Assembly: GCA_902768365.1 (NCBI GenBank)
Contig: CACXKV010000002.1
Coordinates: 53,978-117,977, forward strand
From: an uncultured Bacteroidia bacterium
Lineage (GTDB): Bacteria; Bacteroidota; Bacteroidia; Bacteroidales; UBA932
DNA length: 64,000 bases
Reading direction: 5' to 3'
In this document: positions 58,483-64,000 of the stretch, piece after piece
Layout of the letters: the number at the start of each line of letters is the position of its first letter
Position numbering within the stretch: the stretch's first letter is position 1
The notes under the pieces: model-generated
Told to the model about the DNA's origin: nothing
Database searches by the model: none
The model's input: only the letters and a program-made list of their open reading frames with translations
Made by a program: the position numbers and the translations under genes

Positions 58483-59928
58483 CTACTGTTCAAATTCGTT
58501 GTTCATGGCTGATGCGACCGGGCCCTGCTGCGCGTAGAGCACATCATCCAGCTCCAGGAACTTGACACGCTCGCTCTTGAAGACCATGTCGATATCCCTG
58601 GTTTCACCATTACGGTGCTTGGCGATGATGATCTGGGTCTTCTCCTTGTCTTCCGGATTCTCGCTAAGGCCGACATAGTCCGGTCGGTGGATGAAGATGA
58701 CCATATCCGCATCCTGCTCGATGGAGCCGGACTCGCGGAGGTCGCTCAACTGGGGCTTGCCGGCACCGCCCGTGCGCTGTACGGCCTGGCGGGAGAGCTG
58801 GGACAGTGCGATGATGGGCACGTTCAGCTCCTTCGCCGTGGCTTTCAGGGTACGGGAGATGGAAGCAACTTCCTGCTCACGCATGCCACGCAGCTCCGCG
58901 GGGCCCTGCATCAGCTGCAGGTAGTCCACCACGATAAGCCTCACACCCTTGTTCTTCACCAGGTTCTTGGCCTTGGTTCGGAACTCCATCAGGGGCAGGC
59001 CGGGGGTATCGTCGATATAGAGAGGAGCCTTTGCAAGGTCTTTGATCTTGTATTCAAGCTGCTCCCACTCATACGGCTCCAGGCGGATGGCTCCCTTGAT
59101 CTTGTCTGCACTCAGGCCGGTCTCGCTGATGGCAAGACGCTTGGCCAGCTGGGTGGCGGACATTTCCAGGGAAAAGAACGCCACGGGCATGTGATGGTCC
59201 ACGGCGGCGTTGCGGGCGATGTTGAGCGAGAAGGCGGTCTTACCCACGGAAGGACGGGCGGCGAGGATGATAAGGTCGCTCGGCTGCCATCCCTGGGTAA
59301 TCTGGTCCAGGGTGGGGAAACCGGAGGGAACCCCGCTCAGACCGGTGGAATCCTGGCGCTCCTGGATGTCGGAAATGACATCGTTGAGCACAGATCCGAT
59401 CTCCTGCACATCCTTGCGGACATTGTTCTGCACGGCATCGTACACCTTCGACTGGGCCATGTCGATGAGGTCGTCCACATCGGTAGAGTCGTCGAAGGCA
59501 TCCTTGAGGATGGCGTAGGATGCGGTGATAAGGTCCCGCTGGATGGTTTTCTGCTTGAGAATCTTGATGTAGTACTCGATGTGCGCGGCGGAACCTACCC
59601 TCTCGGAGTAGTTCGCCAGCACCACGGATCCGCCCACGGCCTCCAGGTTGCCCAGGGCCTTGAGCTTTTCGCTCACCGTGATGATATCCAGCGATGTGTG
59701 CTCGGTGACGAGCTTGCTCATCGCCTCGAATATCATCTGGTTCTTCTTGTCGTAGAAGCAATCCTTGGTGAGTTCAGCCATCGAGGCATCCACCACCGAA
59801 GGCTCGAGCAGCATCGCACCGAGCACAGCCTCCTCCGCCTCCAGGGCCTGAGGGGGTTTGTTCCCTATCTCGAGCCCGAGGGTATCGATGTTCGGCTGCG
59901 CCTTGCGGCGTGTCTTCTGCTCTGCCAT
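58483..59928 (-). CDS. dnaB: replicative DNA helicase
   Basis: PPQALEAEEAVLGA, AARPSVGKT, FSLEMS, DYLQL, LSDLRESGSIEQDAD. Confidence 0.97.
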   Translation of the reverse strand: MAEQKTRRKAQPNIDTLGLEIGNKPPQALEAEEAVLGAMLLEPSVVDASMAELTKDCFYDKKNQMIFEAMSKLVTEHTSLDIITVSEKLKALGNLEAVGGSVVLANYSERVGSAAHIEYYIKILKQKTIQRDLITASYAILKDAFDDSTDVDDLIDMAQSKVYDAVQNNVRKDVQEIGSVLNDVISDIQERQDSTGLSGVPSGFPTLDQITQGWQPSDLIILAARPSVGKTAFSLNIARNAAVDHHMPVAFFSLEMSATQLAKRLAISETGLSADKIKGAIRLEPYEWEQLEYKIKDLAKAPLYIDDTPGLPLMEFRTKAKNLVKNKGVRLIVVDYLQLMQGPAELRGMREQEVASISRTLKATAKELNVPIIALSQLSRQAVQRTGGAGKPQLSDLRESGSIEQDADMVIFIHRPDYVGLSENPEDKEKTQIIIAKHRNGETRDIDMVFKSERVKFLELDDVLYAQQGPVASAMNNEFEQ

Positions 59929-59940
59929 TGGTGCCGGATC

Positions 59941-60753
59941 TTAGATTTCAGAATTCACGATGATGCGTCCGCAATGCTCGCAGATAACCAGCTTGGTGCC
60001 GGATGCGATGTCTACCAGGCGCTGGGGAGTGATGGTGTTGAAGCATCCTCCGCAAGCCTCTCCATTGTAGACGGGAACTACTGCGAGGTGATTGTGAACG
60101 CTGTTCTTGATGCGCTCGTAGGCGCTCATGGTGCGGGCGTCCAGCTTTGCTGCGAGGGCGTCACGCTTTTCGGTGTAGGTTTTTTCTTCGTCTGCGGTCG
60201 AGTTGACGATTGCAGCAAGCTCCTCGTTCTTTGCGGCGAGGTCTTCTTCACGCACGGAGATGCGCTCTCCGAGCTCTTCGATCTGCTTCTTGTCTTCTAC
60301 GATGCGTTCCTTTGCTTCGCCGATGAATTTGTCGGCAATGCGGAGCAGGAGGTTTTCGTTCTCCAGCTCTTTGCTGATCGAGTCGTATTCGCGGCTGTTG
60401 GCGATATTCTCGAGCTGTGCCTTGTACTTCTCGATATCCCCTTCATGCTCGACGATCTTGGCCTTGTTGACCTCGATGGCGGCCTCTTCGCCCTTGATGG
60501 CTTCATTCAGGCGCTCGATCCTGGCCTTGAAACCCTCGATCTCGCTCTCGAGTGCTGCCACCTCTGCGGGAAGTTCTCCCCTGAGCTGAACCAGCTTGCC
60601 GATTTCGTTGTCGGCGGCCTGGAGCTGATAGAGGACTTTAAGCTTCTCGGTTACGCTGAGGTCGGAGTCTGCGAACGTCTTCTGCAGGCTGACAAAAGTC
60701 TCGCGCGAATCGTTCGGGGTTTCGACTTTCTTTACTGTTTTCTTGGTTGCCAT
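59941..60753 (-). CDS. coiled-coil protein with C4 zinc ribbon
   Basis: ACGGCF..CEHCGRI; next to Nif3. Confidence 0.88.
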   Translation of the reverse strand: MATKKTVKKVETPNDSRETFVSLQKTFADSDLSVTEKLKVLYQLQAADNEIGKLVQLRGELPAEVAALESEIEGFKARIERLNEAIKGEEAAIEVNKAKIVEHEGDIEKYKAQLENIANSREYDSISKELENENLLLRIADKFIGEAKERIVEDKKQIEELGERISVREEDLAAKNEELAAIVNSTADEEKTYTEKRDALAAKLDARTMSAYERIKNSVHNHLAVVPVYNGEACGGCFNTITPQRLVDIASGTKLVICEHCGRIIVNSEI

Positions 60754-60760
60754 ATTGTAA

Positions 60761-61540
60761 TTACAAATAATTTACCGGATTTGCCTTCCCGATATTTTCG
60801 GATAAAAGGGATACAAAGGTAGGAAAATTTTTCCGTATAACGGAAAGCAGGACCTTCGTTATTTCAACTTCTGTCTCAAAATGCCCCGCATCCACCACCA
60901 TAAAGCCCTCCGGCTGGAAGAAATAGTGGTAGGAGATGTCGCCGCAGACATACATCTGGGCGCCCTCGCGGATGGCGGCAGGGATGAGCGAGGTGCCGGA
61001 CCCTCCGCACACGGCAATCCTGCCCACAGGCCCTTCTATGGGCGCAGAGCAGCGCACTACCGGGGTTCCGAGGGCCTTCTTCACGAGGGCCACGGCCTCA
61101 ACGGCCGGAAGGGCGGAAGGCAGGTCCCCGACTGCGCCGAAACCGTTCACCCCGTCTTCGGGGGCAAGCACCTTCACATTCTGCAGCCCGAGCTTTCCGG
61201 CCAGCGTCCAGCTCACTCCGCCGGGGGTTTTGTCCACACTTGTGTGGCATCCGTACACCGCAACCCCGTTCTTCACGGCGGCGATCACCGCGGCCGCTCC
61301 CGGATCCTCGGGATAGAGGTTACGCATGGGATGGTAGATGAGGGGATGATGGGTGAGGATCATGTCGCAGCCCCTGCGCACAGCCTCTTCCACCAGGGCG
61401 GCTGTGCAGTCGAAGCCGATCAGCAGGCCGTGCACTTCCTGTTCCGGAGACCCTACCTGCAGGCCCGTGTTGTCGTATTCGGCCTGGATGCGTGCGGGAG
61501 CGAACTCCTCTATCACGGCAATGATATCCTTCACTCTCAT
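60761..61540 (-). CDS. Nif3-like dinuclear metal centre protein
   Basis: DNTGLQVG, THHPLIY, AVCGGSG, DAGHFETE. Confidence 0.92.
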   Translation of the reverse strand: MRVKDIIAVIEEFAPARIQAEYDNTGLQVGSPEQEVHGLLIGFDCTAALVEEAVRRGCDMILTHHPLIYHPMRNLYPEDPGAAAVIAAVKNGVAVYGCHTSVDKTPGGVSWTLAGKLGLQNVKVLAPEDGVNGFGAVGDLPSALPAVEAVALVKKALGTPVVRCSAPIEGPVGRIAVCGGSGTSLIPAAIREGAQMYVCGDISYHYFFQPEGFMVVDAGHFETEVEITKVLLSVIRKNFPTFVSLLSENIGKANPVNYL

Positions 61541-61854
61541 AGGCTCTTGCGTATCTCGGCGAGCTGCTCGCGTATGTTCTTGAGGGATTCCAGCGCACGG
61601 ACGCGCTTGTCTACCGACGCCCTGTCGGCGGCAAGCTGCTTTGCGGCCCCTTCGAGGGTAAGCCCCTTCTCTTTAAGGAGGAAGTGGATCTGCTTGAAGG
61701 TATCTATGTCCTCGGGGGTGAAGCGGCGGTCGCCGCGGGTGGTGCGCGAGGTCTTCAGGAACTTCTCGAAGTATCCCGACCAGTAGCGCACTGCAGAGAC
61801 ATTCTCTCCGAGCATCTCCGCAGTCTCTCCGATTGTGTAGAACAGTTTACTCAT
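61537..61854 (-). CDS. MerR-family regulator
   Basis: KLFYTIGETAEMLG..VRYW..RGDRRFT..GLTLEGA. Confidence 0.9.
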   Translation of the reverse strand: MSKLFYTIGETAEMLGENVSAVRYWSGYFEKFLKTSRTTRGDRRFTPEDIDTFKQIHFLLKEKGLTLEGAAKQLAADRASVDKRVRALESLKNIREQLAEIRKSL

Positions 61855-61857
61855 ATG

Positions 61858-62811
61858 CTAGTCCATTGATTGTCTTGTGTTTATAGACATGAAGAGGAAG
61901 TTGGGGTACTCCTCCGGGCTCACCGAACCGAAAAGGTAGTTCACCGGATCCCTGAAGGCTCCACTCAGCATCACCTCATAGTGCAGGTGCGGGGCATAGG
62001 CGTTGCCGGACATGCCCACGGTAGCTATCTTCCCTCCCCTGCGCACACGCTGCCCCTGGGAGACGAAAATCTCGTCCAGATGCAGGTAACGGGTGACGTA
62101 TCCTCCTGTGTGCCTGATGCTTACGGTGTTCCCGTCGCCTTTCGAGCTGCGCACCACGCTCTCCACCGTGCCCTCTGCCGGAGAGAACACCGGCGAGCCC
62201 TGCGGCACAATGAAATCCAGCCCGTGATGGGCCACCTCGGTCTTGTAGAACGGGTTCAGCCGCGAGCCGGTCGACGCTCCTATCTGCGGATAGGATACCT
62301 CCTTCACGGGGATGGCCATGGGCGGCATCACAAAGCCTTTCTTCCCCATGGTCCTGTATATCTTTTCGAACGCGGCATCCACCTCCGAGGCCGTCTGCAG
62401 GAGGGCATCGGCCTTGCGGGTGGTGTAGGTCACGATCTTGGTATCCGGGATGGTATCCGCCCCGAAGAGGAAATCCAGGGCACCCACCGGGTCCACCGCA
62501 GGGGCGTTGGTGTGGAAGACCTCTTCGTAGATGCGTGCGTCCTTGGTGGAAAGGATGTCGATGGATTCCGAGAGGAGTTCCTGCCGCTCGGGGATGGTGG
62601 CGAACACCTTCTCGTACTGGCGGTTCTCGCGGCGCAGACGCTTCTCCACATCGGTGCTGAGCACCAGGGAGAGTATGAGATAGAGCACGATGAACAGCGA
62701 CACCGACACGAGCACCACCCGCACCACAGACCACACCGTGGTCCACACCGAACGGGTGAACTTGCGCACTTTCATGGCCGCTGCATCGAATACGTAAAGC
62801 TTCTTACTCAT
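61858..62811 (-). CDS. M23 family metallopeptidase
   Basis: HHGLDF, TRYLHL, PHLHYEV. Confidence 0.92.
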   Translation of the reverse strand: MSKKLYVFDAAAMKVRKFTRSVWTTVWSVVRVVLVSVSLFIVLYLILSLVLSTDVEKRLRRENRQYEKVFATIPERQELLSESIDILSTKDARIYEEVFHTNAPAVDPVGALDFLFGADTIPDTKIVTYTTRKADALLQTASEVDAAFEKIYRTMGKKGFVMPPMAIPVKEVSYPQIGASTGSRLNPFYKTEVAHHGLDFIVPQGSPVFSPAEGTVESVVRSSKGDGNTVSIRHTGGYVTRYLHLDEIFVSQGQRVRRGGKIATVGMSGNAYAPHLHYEVMLSGAFRDPVNYLFGSVSPEEYPNFLFMSINTRQSMD

Positions 62812-63776
62812 CGCCCGTGCCCTTTAAGCAGCTCCAGGGTGGATTTGGTCCTGGGACCGGACTCCTCCCTGCGCCTGGTTATCATCGCTATGTATTCCTC
62901 AATCGTCATGTCGAGGTTCATATAGCTGTATGGATTGATTGCGTTGCCCTTGTAGATCACTTCGTAGTGCAGGTGGGGGCCGGTCGCCTTGCCGGTCTTG
63001 CCCACGGCGCCTATCTGGTCGCCGCGTGTCACCTTCATTCCCTTGGCTACGTCGATGCGGCTCAGGTGGGCATAGCGCGTGCGATATCCGAATCCATGGT
63101 CTATGATTATCTCGTTGCCATAGCCGGTAAAACCGTACTCAACCTTCTCCACCACCCCGTCGCCGGTCACGTAGACCGGGTAGCCCACATCGGCCGCAAA
63201 GTCCTGCCCGGCATGGAAGCGGGTGCCTCCGTACACGGGATCCGTGCGGTATCCGAAGGGGCTGGCCATGCGGTAGGAGCCCTTCTTGGGAAGGATGGGA
63301 GGCACTGCCGGGATATGGGACACCATGTCGCCTGCATTCACAGCTATGCCATACACCTCATCGAGGGCCATACTCTGCACGTAAGCCCTCTTGGTGAGGG
63401 AATTGATGCGGGCGGTGAGAGGATCGGCCTGGGGATCCGGCTTTGCGGCCTTCACCTCCTCGGGGATCACGTTCATGCCGAAGATGGAACGGTACACATG
63501 GTCGTCACGCTCTTCGATTCCCTGGAGGGTCTCCTCGCATATGTCGAGCTGGCGCTCTGCGAGGGCAATCCTCGACTGCCACACGGCGTTTTCTTTCTTC
63601 AGCCGGGCAGTTTTGGGGAGGTCCCATCCGAGGACGGATGTATAGAGCCAGAAGTACAGGAAACACAGCCCTCCGGCCACGATGATGCTCAAGCCCGTGC
63701 GGATATACTTCGTGTAGCGGGGTTCCTCGCGGACCTCGTACTGAAGTGTGATGGGATTGAACACATAATTCGCCAT
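62808..63776 (-). CDS. M23 family metallopeptidase
   Basis: HAGQDF, TRYAHL, TGPHLHYEV. Confidence 0.92.
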   Translation of the reverse strand: MANYVFNPITLQYEVREEPRYTKYIRTGLSIIVAGGLCFLYFWLYTSVLGWDLPKTARLKKENAVWQSRIALAERQLDICEETLQGIEERDDHVYRSIFGMNVIPEEVKAAKPDPQADPLTARINSLTKRAYVQSMALDEVYGIAVNAGDMVSHIPAVPPILPKKGSYRMASPFGYRTDPVYGGTRFHAGQDFAADVGYPVYVTGDGVVEKVEYGFTGYGNEIIIDHGFGYRTRYAHLSRIDVAKGMKVTRGDQIGAVGKTGKATGPHLHYEVIYKGNAINPYSYMNLDMTIEEYIAMITRRREESGPRTKSTLELLKGHGR

Positions 63777-63777
63777 T

Positions 63778-64000
63778 CTACACGAACTTGTAACTCTCTG
63801 CCTCCCGGAATCCTCTCAGGAATGCATCTGCGCTCATCCGCTTCTTGCCCGCCATCTGCAACTCCTTAATTTCCAGCCAGTTGTCGCCGGCGGATACATA
63901 CAGACGGTCTCCATCAACCTTGATCTCTCCGGCATTAGCGGCTGCGGTTGCGGTATCCGCTGCGGACGCCATATCCGCCCACGGATGTAGTGGGAGGGGC
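63778..64000 (-). CDS. fmt: methionyl-tRNA formyltransferase, C-terminal part (runs off window end)
   Basis: GEIKVDG..LYV..LEIKELQMAGKKRMSADAFLRGFR. Confidence 0.8.
   Translation of the reverse strand, partial: PLPLHPWADMASAADTATAAANAGEIKVDGDRLYVSAGDNWLEIKELQMAGKKRMSADAFLRGFREAESYKFV

Noticed and set aside
1-64000. CRISPR array, cas genes, DGR/retron reverse transcriptase
   Set aside because: I saw no regularly spaced repeat-spacer array and no Cas- or RT-like ORF; the repeats are dispersed hairpins.

Overview
This is 64 kb of a GC-rich Bacteroidales chromosome, judged from the TAnnTTTG promoters, type V pilin genes and the rseC-rnfBCDGEA gene order. Bases ~0.7-19.3 kb hold an accessory type V (Fim/Mfa-like) pilus locus between inward-pointing tRNA-Val(GAC) and tRNA-Pro(TGG). 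It contains a tyrosine recombinase, five lipoprotein pilins, DUF5119, a DUF3575 barrel protein with four tandem OmpA-like domains, two membrane-anchored AraC regulators and a two-OmpA-domain protein. The rest is mostly housekeeping (lgt, lolD, def, mdh, tkt, tatAC, lepA, rnpA, pgk, nfnAB, rnf, dnaB, fmt). The most unusual signal is a set of hairpin repeats, which I tentatively link to two RAYT-like HUH/Y1 nucleases. One nuclease sits between 132-bp direct cruciform repeats. The other, together with a methyltransferase, sits between 193-bp inverted repeats that include a copy of the pgk 3' end. At least two families of short palindromic elements lie in-frame inside protein-coding genes (rnpA, a peptidase C26, a methyltransferase, and a Rid/chorismatase-like gene twice). 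They are read in different frames or strands, show compensatory stem changes, and in places supply stop codons; a separate REP-like motif supplies a probable start codon. An AT-rich two-lipoprotein cassette (one protein with HEXXH) interrupts the rseC-rnf operon. All calls were made by eye from sequence and motifs; no database searches were run.
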